64,000 nucleotides of DNA, from the NCBI GenBank assembly GCA_964016885.1, contig OZ024741.1:29264001-29328000 (forward strand), read 5' to 3'. The notes under the pieces were generated by a model, which did not search any database, was not told where the DNA came from, and saw only the letters and a program-made list of their open reading frames with translations. This DNA is from Eledone cirrhosa. Its lineage: Eukaryota. A program made the translations under genes and the position numbers. This document shows, in pieces, positions 40,237 to 54,021 of this stretch (positions within the stretch are counted from its first letter, which is position 1; each line of letters begins with the position of its first letter).

Positions 40237-41205
40237 ATATATATATTCTCTTCATCTTAACATGCTTACTATACTCACACACACACATAACACCCATACA
40301 CACACATAACAACCCCCACACTCACACACACACAACTCCCTCCCCCATTTCTACTAATAGAATCACTTTCCTACACACATATATACACACACACAAAATA
40401 TATATATTCTCTCCATCTTAACATACTCCCACACACATACATAACACCCATATACACACAACTCCCTCCCCCATTTCTACTAATAGAATCATCACACACA
40501 CACAAGCACACAAATAAACATACATATCTTTACTTTCTTTATTTCAATAGAAAATCTGAATTCTGACACCCCAGCGAACTAACCATATTCACTGAACCAG
40601 AACAGTCCTCCTATCCCATTTCTCTTGACCATTATCTTTTGTTTGTCATAAAATTCTCTAAAAAGGCTACAGAATAGATTTTCAAATACGGGCGCGATAT
40701 TTAATGAAAAGTTGTTCACATGACAGATAATTTCATTTATAACCAATCAAATTACGTTTATTAAAAAAAAAAGCCTTCGTGAGCCTCCTTTTTTTAAGTA
40801 AAAAGAAATTCAAACACTCATATATGAAAAAACAACCTGAGCCCCCCCCCCCTTGTTTGAACAACTTTGTAACGCGAACTGGCGCGAAATTTATTATAAT
40901 TATTGACCAACCAATCAAATTACTTCTCTAAAAACCTGGCGTTTCGAGCCACTTTTTTCCATACAAACAAGTAACATTCAAAGACCAACCAGATGTGAGA
41001 AAAACCACAGACCCTCCATCTTAACTCTACTTTTGAAAAGCAGAAGAACTGCGAAACCGGTAAAGGAACCAAATAAATATATATATTTTAAAAAAAATAA
41101 GACTCCAGTTGCATTTTCGATTTCATCTTTTTTTCTTTATACTTTCACTCGTGTAGCACACCTCGGTTATTTTTCATTTTGTAAAAAAAACCCTCACTTT
41201 CTAAT
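38361..41205 (+). mobile_element. Penelope-like element family 2 (Neptune-like), pseudogenised, with inverted 5' segments
   Basis: Inverted 3' tail 38361-38521; inverted RT fragment 38522-38910 (MGTKAAP, RYLDD); forward RT/GIY-YIG 38912-39948 with frameshifts (YIGET, KCGRSNCGNC); long 3' UTR. Confidence 0.85.
41030..41065 (+). ncRNA. Minimal hammerhead with a U3-A8 core covariant
   Basis: CTT-TTGAAAA-GCAG aagaa CTGC-GAAA-CCGG-TA^-AAG; copies at 50313-50350 (-) and 38430-38465 (-, GAAG lesion). Confidence 0.75.
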
Positions 41206-41310
41206 ATATATATATATATATACGCAACTGTCGTCCCAGGATGATATTTGTTTTTGAAATGCGCATAATAAAATATATGGAACTTTTCTAACCATATTTT
41301 AATTTCTTCT

Positions 41311-41339
<29 letters not shown>

Positions 41340-41344
<5 letters not shown>

Positions 41345-41771
41345 TATTCAAAAAGTTAATAAATGAAAACTATTCTGATAATCAAAATACATATTTCATA
41401 TTAATGTTTCAAAGGTACTATGGTGTTTAAGTACGTTTTCATCAGACAAAATATAAGATTTGATATGTGACATACCGCTACGGTTTTGATTACTCAATTC
41501 CAGTATTCACTGGCAATACTGGCATTGAATAATCAAAACCGTAGCGGTATGTCATATCAAATCTTATATTTTGTCTGATGAAAATGTACTTAAACACCAT
41601 AGTACCTTTGAAATATGTATAATAAAATATATATTTTGATTATGAGAATATGTTTCATTTATTAACATTTTGAATAATATTAAATACTCCAGGAAAATCT
41701 CTGGTCGAGTGCTTCTAATTTATTGTAAAATTGTATTTGTTGATTAATCAACGAACCATATTAATCCTTGG

Positions 41772-41773
<2 letters not shown>
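41340..41773. mobile_element. Fold-back HHR element
   Basis: Arms 41340-41508 and 41515-41681; plus-strand HHR 41566-41630 ATATTTTGT-CTGATGA-aaat GTACT..AGTAC cttt-GAAA-TATGTA-TA-ATAAAATAT; TA-flanked. Confidence 0.75.
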
Positions 41774-41854
<81 letters not shown>

Positions 41855-41867
41855 ATATGTATATATC

Positions 41868-41961
<94 letters not shown>

Positions 41962-42620
41962 GTGTATGACTAAATGATCATGAAATTATGTTCCACTATA
42001 AGAAGCCATATTAAGCAGGTATCATCGCTGCTCTTACTAATTGGGTTTTCATATTGGCACAGGAATGGAAATCACTTGATGATAAGGAGCGAGTGAAATT
42101 TCTATAATTAATAAAGAACCATGTTAGAAACTTAGCAAATTCAACGAAGCAGTAGATGGTACGCTTGGTAATAACCCAATCAGTAAAATTACCGCTGAAT
42201 TCAGCTTAATATGGCTGCTCTTTATGAAATACAGATTGAATTACCTAAATATCTAGCATTAAATATATATTCCTCAGTGTCAGAGGGCATTAGATTGATA
42301 TTATCGTTAGTTTAGAAAGAAATGTACGAAATTCTAATACCATCTGTTGTTATGGATATAAAATATTGAAGTCTTGGCGATTTCAGTTCGAACGCAATTA
42401 TCGAATCCTAGCGTAGATGTGAATATGAAAATAATTTGCCATCCCTAGATGTGAGGCCAGCGTTGAAGCGGCTCCTCCACCATACAGAGGTGGCCAGAAC
42501 TGGACTCGAAAACTAAGGTCTCACAGACATGTCTAGTTTATGAAACTTTATCTATACTAAATAAACTCTCTCGCAATACATTCAGCATTGTTTTCCTTGA
42601 CTTTTTATCTTCGGATATTC

Positions 42621-42777
<157 letters not shown>

Positions 42778-42791
42778 GCACACACACACAC

Positions 42792-42882
<91 letters not shown>

Positions 42883-42885
<3 letters not shown>

Positions 42886-43055
42886 CCCGTTCTCTTTAAC
42901 ATTACACCGAAACACATTAAAACAGAAACAGATCCTGTAAAATTCAAAACGTCGCTGGACAAATTCCTCCATGAAATTCCGGATAAACCTCTTCATTCTC
43001 TATATAATTTGAAAGACCTTGCCGGGTAGTGCTGTTAAGTTGACATGGTCTACAC
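42883..43055 (+). pseudogene. CR1-like LINE 3' remnant
   Basis: Translates PVLFNITPKHIKTETDPVKFKTSLDKFLHEIPDKP. Confidence 0.6.
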
Positions 43056-43062
43056 CCCCCCC

Positions 43063-43109
<47 letters not shown>

Positions 43110-43110
<1 letters not shown>

Positions 43111-43290
43111 GGTGGTCTATTTGAGTCGTTAGTGTGGATATTTGTTCCGGGCTTCTATGGTAGGGGTTCAAACCCCACCGAGGTACAGTTTCCATTTAAT
43201 CCTGTTGGGGTCGATAAAGAGATAAAATCACGATTCTCTTCTAGTCTTCAAAAACCAACCTTGCTCTGCCTTGTGCCTCTGAGGAGAACC
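43110..43290 (+). mobile_element. Diverged tRNA-derived SINE with Meta-like core
   Basis: B box GGTTCAAACCCC, then atcctgttggggtcgataaa. Confidence 0.55.
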
Positions 43291-43663
43291 TTCCATGTGC
43301 AAATCCCATAGTCATTCATGACCGAAAGGTTTTTTTTATCCCCTTTATACATAGATATAAAGAATGATATATGTTATCTATGACAGATTCTTAGCCAATA
43401 ATTAAATATAATATTTTTGTTTATTGGTTTCTATTCAGAATTCTAGCATTTTCTGAAATTACAGATGTATGACATATTTATGAGAAAATGATACATAAAA
43501 GCGAGCAATCAGTCTCATGTATGTATGTATGTATGTATGTATGTATGTATGTATGTATGTATGTATGTATGTATGTATGTATGTATGTATGTATGTATGT
43601 ATGTATGTATTTACGTATGTATGTATTTACGTATGTATGTATAAATGCATATATGTCTGTATG

Positions 43664-43780
<117 letters not shown>

Positions 43781-44234
43781 GTGCTTGCATGTATGTATAT
43801 GTATGTTTTTAAGTATGTATGCAAGTATGTATAATCACACATATATGTATATGTTTATATATATATTTTCTTTTTTAATTAATTAATTTATTTATTTATA
43901 TATGTATATGTCTGTGTGTATGTATGTTTTTCACTGTATATATATGTATTATTTCCCTCATAAATAATTGTTCTCTATAAAAACATATTAATTATATTAT
44001 TAATATTAATGATAATATTTATCATAATGCTGGTTTCTTTCATTCAGCGAAACTGTTCAAGTTGAAATACAAAACAGGAGACGGCAACCACGAATCAGTG
44101 AAGTTTTGTATACTTCGAACATCGAGTATTGGCGAGATCATCAATAACAGTGAAGAGATTATTAAATGTAGAAAGATATACAACAATGTCAGTATGAAAC
44201 AACAACATAATGGTTTCTGATTCAGACACATGTG

Positions 44235-45005
44235 TGGAGCAGCGTAGTCTAGTGGTAAGGGTGTTGGACTTACGATCATCATGCTGTGTGTTCGATTCAT
44301 TTTGCTCCATTATTCTAAGCTGAAAATGTGTACCAGCAATAGCTGGGGTTTTAAGCCTGCGATGGTCTGGTGTCTTTACTCTCTGTCGCTGCATGTTTAA
44401 ACCTGCGATGGTCTGGTGTCTTTACTCTCTGTCGCTTCATGTTTAAGCCTGCGATGGTCTAGTGTCTTGACTCTGTCGCTTCATGTTTAAGCCTGCGATG
44501 GTCTAGTGTCTTGACTCTCTGTCGCTTCATGTTTAAGCCTGCGATGGTCTGGTGTCTTGACTCTCTGTCGCTTCATGTTTAAGCCTGCAATGGTCTGGTG
44601 TCTTGACTCTCTGTCGCTTCATGTTTAAGCCTGCAATGGTCTAGTGTCTTGACTCTCTGTCGCTTCATGTTTAAGCCTGCGATGGTCTGGTGTCTTGACT
44701 CTCTGTCGCTTCATGTTTAAGCCTGCGATGGTCTGGTGTCTTGACTCTCTGTCGCTTCATGTTTAAGCCTGCGATGGTCTAGTGTCTTGACTCTCTGTCG
44801 CTTCATGTTTAAGCCTGCGATGGTCTAGTGTCTTGACTCTCTGTCGCTTCATGTTTAAGCCTGCGATGGTCTAGTGTCTTGACTCTCTGTCGCTTCATGT
44901 TTAAGCCTGCGATGGTCTAGTGTCTTGACTCTCTGTCGTCTCACGGAACCGAAACCGAGATAAGCACCGGCTTGATGAGCCTTCTGGTTTGAGACAAACT
45001 TTAGA
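44235..45005 (+). mobile_element. SINE containing an internal 46-bp minisatellite
   Basis: tRNA head at 44235-44300 (gtagtctagtggtaagg..gttcgattc); 3' end resembles 34825-34890. Confidence 0.7.
44350..44942. repeat. 46-bp minisatellite, 13 units
   Basis: Unit tttaagcctgcgatggtctrgtgtcttgactctctgtcgcttcatg starting at 44350, 44396, 44442, 44486 ... 44900. Confidence 0.95.
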
Positions 45006-45014
45006 CTAGAGTAG

Positions 45015-45362
45015 ATTTAGGCACAAGGCTAAAGCTAACTTCAGCGGGCTTTGAACTCAGAACGCAAAGGGACGCAACTTTATCCTGCAAAACATGTTGT
45101 CCGATGTTCTACCAATACTGCCAATCCACCTCCCTTAACATCAAAACAATAGCTTCTGATTTAGGTACAAGGTCAGCAATTTTTCGAGTGGGAAAAATCG
45201 ATTAATCAACCCCAGTGCGTGACTGGTACTTTATTTTATCGACACCATAAGAATGAAAGGTAAATCTAACCTCTGTGGGCTTTGAACTCAGAACTGAATG
45301 GGAGATGATTCTATGCCACAAATATCTTGTCCAACGCTTTACCGGTTATGCCAATGAACCGC
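45015..45362 (-). mobile_element. Two MetaSINE-like copies
   Basis: 45015-45133 (internally deleted) and 45148-45362. Confidence 0.7.
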
Positions 45363-45978
45363 TCTCAACAACAAAATAAGAAAAGATTCCCCAAATAAGT
45401 GGGCGATCCCATCCCGAATATCATGTATTGCTGGCGGCTCGAACAACACTTAAACTCTAGAATTTATCCTAAACAGACACAATCCCGCCACCTTTGACGA
45501 AACCAATCAAAGGACTATTGGAAATTGTCTATAAACCCCGACATGAATATCGGCCAGAAAAAACAACACCTTATATCCGGTTAAATGCCAAAATTCACTT
45601 CCAGAGAAACGTCACCCATATCTTATATTAACATTCTATAGAATGAGAGGGCTGATGTGTCACCGATAGCATTATCTCGTTGACAGAGCCTCGTTAGCGC
45701 ATGGAAATATATCAAATTCCGCTGCATTACTTCAATTTCTGCTTGACCAAGAGCAGCAACACCTTAAACACCGATGACACTTATTCATATGAAAGATATT
45801 GACAGCCATTCATTGCCGTTGTTGACCAGGAATCTCTGTAGATGTGTCACCCTTAGTATATTCCTAGTCATAATCAAACATGGCATTCCAAGACATCTTT
45901 TAGGTATTGGCAGCAGGAGGATTTCCTGAGGGGTAAAACCTGCTCCTTGCATATAATGCAAATGAGAATACGCTCCAG

Positions 45979-46015
<37 letters not shown>

Positions 46016-46230
46016 TTTACGTCCGCTTTTCCCTGCTTATAGAAATGAAGGTAGAATCTTTCACGTTAACTGGCAGGTATATTCCGTGTTACGAATAATC
46101 CCAACACGGATGATACTGATGAAAAAACTATGAATAATTATACATTAACAATTCCACCAATAGAAATACCTACATGATTTTTCTTCGAGAGTGAGGTAAA
46201 CCACACCTAGTATTACACAGACACACACAG

Positions 46231-46401
<171 letters not shown>

Positions 46402-47006
46402 TACACACACACATATATATATATATAAATAGATCAATAGATGGATACATATGTGAAAAGTAAACGAATAAGTCGCACAGGGAAACGATACAGTACATTG
46501 AAGGTATATATCTATTAAACTATATGCATATGCTTTCATATTTACTTACATATAGGCATATAGACATACACATTCCCATATAAACTTATATTCATATATA
46601 ACAGACATGTAACTATATATTTATGTATATATATATATATATTCAATATATATATATCATTATATACGCATGTGTATATGCATGTGCGTATATATATATA
46701 TATATATATATACATACACTAATATTAGAATTTTTTCCCATTCAATTAGTGCTTCATTCATTCATTTATTGTGCTAGTTCTATTTTCTTCTATTTATGCC
46801 TTATCGATTTCTTTCTTATTTATTATTAAAATTATTGTTTTTATTCGAAAGATATTTTGTTGTTGTGCAGTGCGGATGATAAATATCTGGAAACACTGCT
46901 AGCAACAATATTTATTTTCACGAGAGGAACTGATATAAATTTTTGTTTAGAACAATACACCAACCACAACCTGAAGACAGGAAAATTAATAATATACATA
47001 TAATAC

Positions 47007-47037
<31 letters not shown>

Positions 47038-47081
47038 ATGTATGTATGTATATATATATGTATAATATATATATATATATT

Positions 47082-47165
<84 letters not shown>

Positions 47166-47220
47166 TAAACAAATAATGAATAAACAATGAAACAGTTCCT
47201 TATATTAAACAAAAAAAGTT

Positions 47221-47370
47221 CATTATTTAACGATCGTTTCTAGGATATATATGTGTTAGAATTGGCATGCATATTCAACAGATCTATGTACAAAATTATA
47301 CAAAATTATACAAACTATCAAGATTAAATATACATACCAACACATATATACGCCGTCTTCAGAAATAATG
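47221..47370 (-). ncRNA. Hammerhead with a very long domain II
   Basis: CATTATTT-CTGAAGA-cggcg TATATATGTGTT..~80 nt..AACACATATATA tccta-GAAA-CGATCG-TT^-AAATAATG. Confidence 0.75.
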
Positions 47371-47790
47371 AAATATATTTATTGATAATAACAACAATTC
47401 AAAATTTCAGGTCCGTTTGGGAACAAAATTGACCAATGAAAATACAAAAGGTTTAATGCAGTTCGGTGTGTGTATATACATGTAACTACCCTTACACATA
47501 TTTTACAAAAATGTATGCAGAACCTGTATACGCATACCAAAAGGATGGATGCAAATACAAAATTTCAAGGTTAATGTCTCTGTAAGTTTATAATGCACAG
47601 ATAAGATGCGTATAGACACATAAATATGAAATAAGTGTATATACATATTCTCATACTCACACATATCCGTACAATCACACACACACGCGCGTATATGCAT
47701 AAACATACACATAACTTCTTTCCATGATATCCGGAATACATTGAGTTCTTCATACGGATTGGACACTACCGTAAACTCTTGGTAGATTTA

Positions 47791-47933
<143 letters not shown>

Positions 47934-47981
47934 ATATATATATATATAATATATATATATAAAATAATAATATATATATTT

Positions 47982-48013
<32 letters not shown>

Positions 48014-48198
48014 AATATATATAATAATATATATATATTATTATATATATATTTATTTCATCCTTACGGTGTCGATAAAATAAAGTACCAGTAATACACT
48101 GGGTAATTGGTGGCTTTGTGCCTAAAGTAGAAACAATTATATATATATATAATAATATAATATATATATAATGTATATATATAATATATATATATATA

Positions 48199-48265
<67 letters not shown>

Positions 48266-48528
48266 TTGAATATACAAGAGAGATGAACACTAATATAAAC
48301 ATACATGTGTCCGAATTGTAAGGACCAGGTTTGCTAGGGTGAAAAAATACTAACTACAGCAATATGGTTTGCCAGTCTTAATTTAAAGTAGTAAATTAAG
48401 AAAAATAATAACATTGGGCAACTGCCTGAAAACACCTAGACAGTTATAGAAACTGTTTAGCAAACCTGGTCCTTACAAATCGGACACATGTATGTTTATA
48501 TTAGTGTTCATCTCTCTTGTATATTCAA
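48266..48528. repeat. TA-adjacent inverted-repeat element
   Basis: Arms 48266-48336 and 48458-48528; only a degenerate HHR-like trace (ctgaaaa...gaaactgtt). Confidence 0.75.
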
Positions 48529-48607
48529 TTATATTACACGGCTCAGAAAAGCTTTTTTCTTAGAGCTATTTATTTGTAAGACACACACACACCACACATA
48601 TATATAA

Positions 48608-48740
<133 letters not shown>

Positions 48741-48780
48741 TGTATATACATATATATATATATATATATATACATATATG

Positions 48781-48826
<46 letters not shown>

Positions 48827-48838
48827 CATATATATATG

Positions 48839-48884
<46 letters not shown>

Positions 48885-48889
48885 CATAC

Positions 48890-48972
<83 letters not shown>

Positions 48973-49005
48973 CATATATATATACATATATATATATATA
49001 CGTAT

Positions 49006-49043
<38 letters not shown>

Positions 49044-49096
49044 GTATGTATATATATGTGTATATATACATGTATGTATATATACATGTATATACC

Positions 49097-49501
49097 GGGA
49101 GAGATGACCCCTTAGCCTTTGTCAAGGCAGAATTCTAGGAGAAGGAAAACTCTGATATAACACCTGCAACCCTGATGGTATCCAATGATGTTGACCTGTT
49201 CTTCTTTTTGGTAAATATCATCTTGGTTAAGAGAGTGGGACTGGCTTTGTGCAGTGCCTTTGCTCACTATAAAAGCTTCACAGCACAGGCATTGCTTTAT
49301 ATCTGGAGATCTCTCTGCACTTGTCATCACATGGTACCATGGGCCCTGCACTATGTGTCAATAATGGTCACAAGTGTAGTCTTTGTACCAGAGTTTTCAA
49401 GTCGCTGGCTGGACTAAAGTCACATTCGTTCAGCGCATCGGTAGGGGTTCTCCTACATGGATATAAAGTAGTGGCCGTACTCGAAAACGAGTTGGCAGCC
49501 A

Positions 49502-49503
<2 letters not shown>
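49097..49503 (+). mobile_element. 5'-truncated copy of the 25496 element
   Basis: Aligns with 25615-26023; TA-flanked. Confidence 0.75.
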
Positions 49504-49535
<32 letters not shown>

Positions 49536-49542
<7 letters not shown>

Positions 49543-50132
49543 TTGTAGCTCTGAAATAGCAATATATATATGGATATAAATATAATGTATTTTGCAATAC
49601 ACTTTATGCTTAATTAAAAGCATTTTGAAGACCGTAAGCTATTGTTTTAAAGTAGTGACAAATTCACTCACTTCGAAACATGTCATGTCGGCTTATCTCC
49701 TCCTGTTTGCTGAGATCGAAGTGAGTGAATTTGTCACTACTTTAAAACAATAGCTTACGGTCTTCAAAATGCTTTTAATTAAGCATAAAGTGTATTGCAA
49801 AATACATTATATTTACATCCATATATATATTGCTATTTCAGAGCTACAATTCTAATTTTTAATTTCTGCCTGACCAACAACCGCTCTGCATAATCAGCTC
49901 CTGATTATTTACTAGATTTCTATAAGAATATAACATCATTGATCTCAGCAGACGGGCGGGGTGGCCTTGATAAGCTTCAACAAAAGCGAAACATGTCATG
50001 TCGGCTTATCTCCTCCTGTTTGCTGAGATCGAAGTGAGTGAATTTGTCACTACTTTAAAACAATAGCTTACGGTCTTCAAAATGCTTTTAATTAAGCATA
50101 AAGTGTATTGCAAAATACATTATATTTACATC

Positions 50133-50135
<3 letters not shown>
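49536..50135. mobile_element. Retrozyme-like element: inverted 5' arm plus about 1.5 tandem 313-bp units
   Basis: 49536-49676 is the reverse complement of 49717-49856; period 313 (49674/49987); (TA)n on both sides. Confidence 0.85.
49941..50030 (+). ncRNA. Extended type I hammerhead, U3-A8 covariant
   Basis: GATCTCAGCA..GGCC-TTGATAA-GCTT caacaa AAGC-GAAA-CAT gtc ATG-TC^-GGCT..TGCTGAGATC. Confidence 0.8.
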
Positions 50136-50167
<32 letters not shown>

Positions 50168-50172
<5 letters not shown>

Positions 50173-50790
50173 AAAGTGAGGTTTTTTTTACAAATTGAAA
50201 AATAACCGGTGTCCTACACGAGATACACGAGTGAAAATATAAAGAAAAAGAGATGAAATTGAAAATGCAACTGGAGTCTTGTTTTTTAAAAATTATATAT
50301 ATTTATTTGGTTCCTTTACCGGTTTCGCAGTTCTTCTGCTTTTCAAAAGGTGAGTTGAGATGGGTTTTTCTCACATCTGGTTGGTCTCTGAATGTTACTT
50401 ATTTTATATGGAGAAAGTGGCTCGAAATGCCTGGTTTTTCGAGAAGTAATTTGATTGGTTTGTCAATAATTATAATAAATCTCGCGCCAGTTCGCGTTAC
50501 AATAGTTCTTCAAATAAGAGGTGGGGGGGGGGGGGTGTCACAGGTTGTTTTTTCATATATGAGTGTTTGAATTTCTTTTTACTTGAAAAAAGGGGTTCAC
50601 GAAGGTTTTTTTGGGGTTGGTTATAAATGAAATTATGCCTGTCACGTGAACAAGTTTACATTAAATTTTCGTGCCCTTATTTGGAAATCCATTCTGTAAG
50701 TGAAAGGAAATGGTCAAGAGAAAGGGATCGGAGAATTGTTCTGGTTCAGTGAATATGGTTAGTTCGCTGGGGTGTCAGAATTCAGATTTT
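50168..50790 (-). mobile_element. 3' end of PLE family 2 with intact HHR (50313-50350)
   Basis: Reverse complement of 40550-41200; TA-flanked. Confidence 0.85.
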
Positions 50791-50884
50791 ATATATATAT
50801 ATATATATGTGTAGTTCATTAATTACTAAATATTTCTAAGTCTGCGTTTACTCTGTTTCTCATGATATTTTCATTTAGTATAGT

Positions 50885-50970
<86 letters not shown>

Positions 50971-50973
<3 letters not shown>

Positions 50974-53200
50974 CGGAGGAAATGTGGTAAGGAACCAGGT
51001 GGACCATAACGCACCAAAGTACTCAATGCTTAGGGTAGTAGAGTGGGTAATAGGAACGAGTAGGACCCCGACGGCTGAGCTCAAGCCGTTTCGACGGCTA
51101 ATTCTGTCCACAATTATTGGTTTTGTCAGAGTGGACTAACACATTTTTTGAGGAATTTAGGTTTGAAATTGTGTTCTTGAGATTTACAAGGTGCTCTTGT
51201 CCTTTGCAAGGGTATCTCTTGAATTTAAGATTTTTTATAATTTTAGTTAACTCTTCCTCGAATTGCACTAGATTTTTGTTGGAAGGAGGATTTCTTCTAG
51301 AATTAAATAGATGATCTATTTAATTCCTCAAAAAATGTTTTATTCCACTCTGACAAAACCAATAATTTATATGGTATTTCCAAGGATAATTATAACAACC
51401 TTATCCTAAAGGAACTTAGGAAAAAATATGGTAAAACCAACCATGATAATTTAGAATACATAAACTTTAAAGCCTCTGAGATCATGTCAAAACTTGGCAT
51501 TGAAAAAAAGACCGAACCATTCCTCCCAAGAACTCCGAGGATAAATCTCAAGGATCACAAAAACAATTTTCGCACTGAATTCATTCCTCCATTTCGCCTT
51601 CACTTCTCAATAATGCTCTATCTTTCGCACTTAAATATTCTGACATCACCACAGATGAACTTCACATCATTCTCACCGCACGTAAAACCATCCTAGATTT
51701 CAACAATGAATATTGGACCAGAGCCGATACCTCTAACAACTTCGACATCATAACGGGAGCATCCGATTCATCCCAATTGACAGATTTAATTGGTATCTTT
51801 ATTTTGAACTCTTTGAGTCGGAAAATTCCTCAACTTCGCGGTGGAATTTATCGTGACGATAGACTCTTTACTATCTTAAATTGCAACATAGTTAACCTTA
51901 ATATTATTAAGAACAATATGCGTAATCTCTTTAACCAACATAACCTAAAAATTGAATTTGATAACAACATCAAACTAGCTAATTTCATGGATGTATCTCT
52001 TAATCTTGACACTGGCCTATATTACCCTTACCATAAAAACAATGAGAACCTAAATTATGTTAATTTTAAATCTAACCATCCTACTAATATCAAGAATGCT
52101 ATAGTTAATAATATTGGAAAAAGAATATCTAACCTATCTTCTAATAAAAACATCTTTGATGCTAACGCCAATTACTATAATAACGCGCTTTCTAAAGCTG
52201 GCTATCCTGATAAAATCAAATATGGTAAAGAAACAAATTCTAGAAGATCTTACAGTAGAATAATTAATCATGATCATTCCAATAACTTTAATAAAAGACC
52301 TAGATACAAAAACATAATCTGGTATAATGCTCCTTTCTCCATCTCTATTAATAATAATATTCCTAAATTATTCTTTAGTGCCTTAAATAAATGCTTCCCT
52401 CCCTCACATATCTATAGTAAAATATTTAAAAAACACACTATAACATTTTCCTATTCTACATCCTCTAACATTTCCAACATTATCTCTAAACACAACAATA
52501 AAATACTAAATACTAAATCTCTTCCTTCCAACACTGAATATCATAATAATAGTAATAGTACTCCCGACGTCATTGTAAACCCTAAGCTAATTTCTGCAAA
52601 CCCAAATACAACGTCAAACACAACTTCGCTAAATGTTCTTAATCCCATTCTAAATCAAGAAACTATTATTCCTATCGCAAATAACTTCTCCAATCCAATT
52701 CCTTCTATAGATAACACTAGGTCACTCGTTAATAATCTCTCTAATCGCAATTGCAATTGCCCTGTTAAAAATAAATGTCCTCTCAACAACCATTGTCTTG
52801 ATAAAAACTTAATTTACGAATCTAAAGTTATAACTGACACTAATTCCTTCACCTATTTTGGCTCCACTTCGACCTCCTTTAAAGCTCGTCTTTATAACCA
52901 TCATTCGTCTTTTAAATACAAACTTAAAAGAACCAACACGGCTCTCTCAGAACTCATATGGTCCTTGAAAGACAAACATATTAAATATAGCATATTTTGG
53001 AAGAAGGTTTCTTCTGCGTCATACTTGAACAGTTCTCTATCCAAGATTTGCAATCTCTGTCTAAATGAAAGTTTTTATTATACATTATATAATACTTGTT
53101 ACTCATTCTATATCGCTCCTATTTATCACTTCCCTTTCTTCTCTTTTTCTTTTAATGTCTAACCCCTAATCTGTACCTTTTCTCACTGTTATAGAAACAA
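50971..53200 (+). mobile_element. Penelope-like element family 3 (Nematis-like) with inverted 5' segments
   Basis: Inverted tail 50971-51110; inversion 51113-51160 versus 51319-51366; upstream RT piece INLKDHKNNF. Confidence 0.8.
51777..53162 (+). pseudogene. PLE RT (GIYRDD) + thumb + GIY-YIG, truncated
   Basis: GGIYRDD, NFMDVSLNL, YVNFKSNHP, CNCPVKNKCPLNNHCL, LIYESKV..YFGST..FKARLYNH. Confidence 0.85.
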
Positions 53201-53852
53201 TTATTACATAATACAATACATTCTTACTCTATATCACCTTGTAAAAATCCTTCGTAAACATAAACATTTTTTTGACGTTAGATTATTCATCCTCAATTCA
53301 TTATTCTTTTCTCCCTTTCATCTAACTTATTCATGCTCATCTCACAATATATCCTTACTTAAATTACTTGTTGTTCTTTTCAATAATACATATCAATATT
53401 TTCTTTCCATCGCACATATTATTAAACCCTTAAATATTATTCTTAATACATATTAACATTTTCTTTTCATCGCACATATTATTAAACCCTTCAATATACA
53501 AACCTTAACGTTACATTATTTTTCTCTTCGTTAATTTTCAAATTCTATTAATTTATACATTATCTTCCAACGGTTTTCAACCTCTCTATGTAAAATAATA
53601 TATCTTTCTCAGTTATAAAAGCTATCTCTCTCTCTCACTATCACCCATCTCTCCTCCTATCTCATCCTTCCTCATTATACTCCTCCCTCTCCGCTTTTTA
53701 CTCTCATCTCCTCTTTTTCACCCCCCCCCCCCCATCAAAATAAAATATTTTTTTCCCCAATATCACACATCAATCTAAAACTACTTTTCATATGTTGATT
53801 TAAAACTGCACTATCCACAAGTGATTTGTAACCTTCATATCATGTCTTCCTG

Positions 53853-53919
53853 TTTTATCTGATGAAAACACAAATATTATTGCATGATGATATTTGTTTT
53901 TGAAATGCGCATAATAAAA
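53853..53919 (+). ncRNA. Type I hammerhead with a 16-bp stem II
   Basis: TTTTAT-CTGATGA-AAAcACAAATATTATT gcat GATGATATTTGTtTTT-GAAA-TGCGCA-TA^-ATAAAA; a 3'-half copy lies at 41240-41310. Confidence 0.8.
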
Positions 53920-53953
53920 TACATGGAACTCTGTTAACCATCTTTTGATCTTA

Positions 53954-54016
<63 letters not shown>

Positions 54017-54021
<5 letters not shown>

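Noticed and set aside
44350-44942. Regular array superficially like CRISPR
   Set aside because: There are no unique spacers or cas genes, and the unit is SINE-derived in a eukaryotic context.
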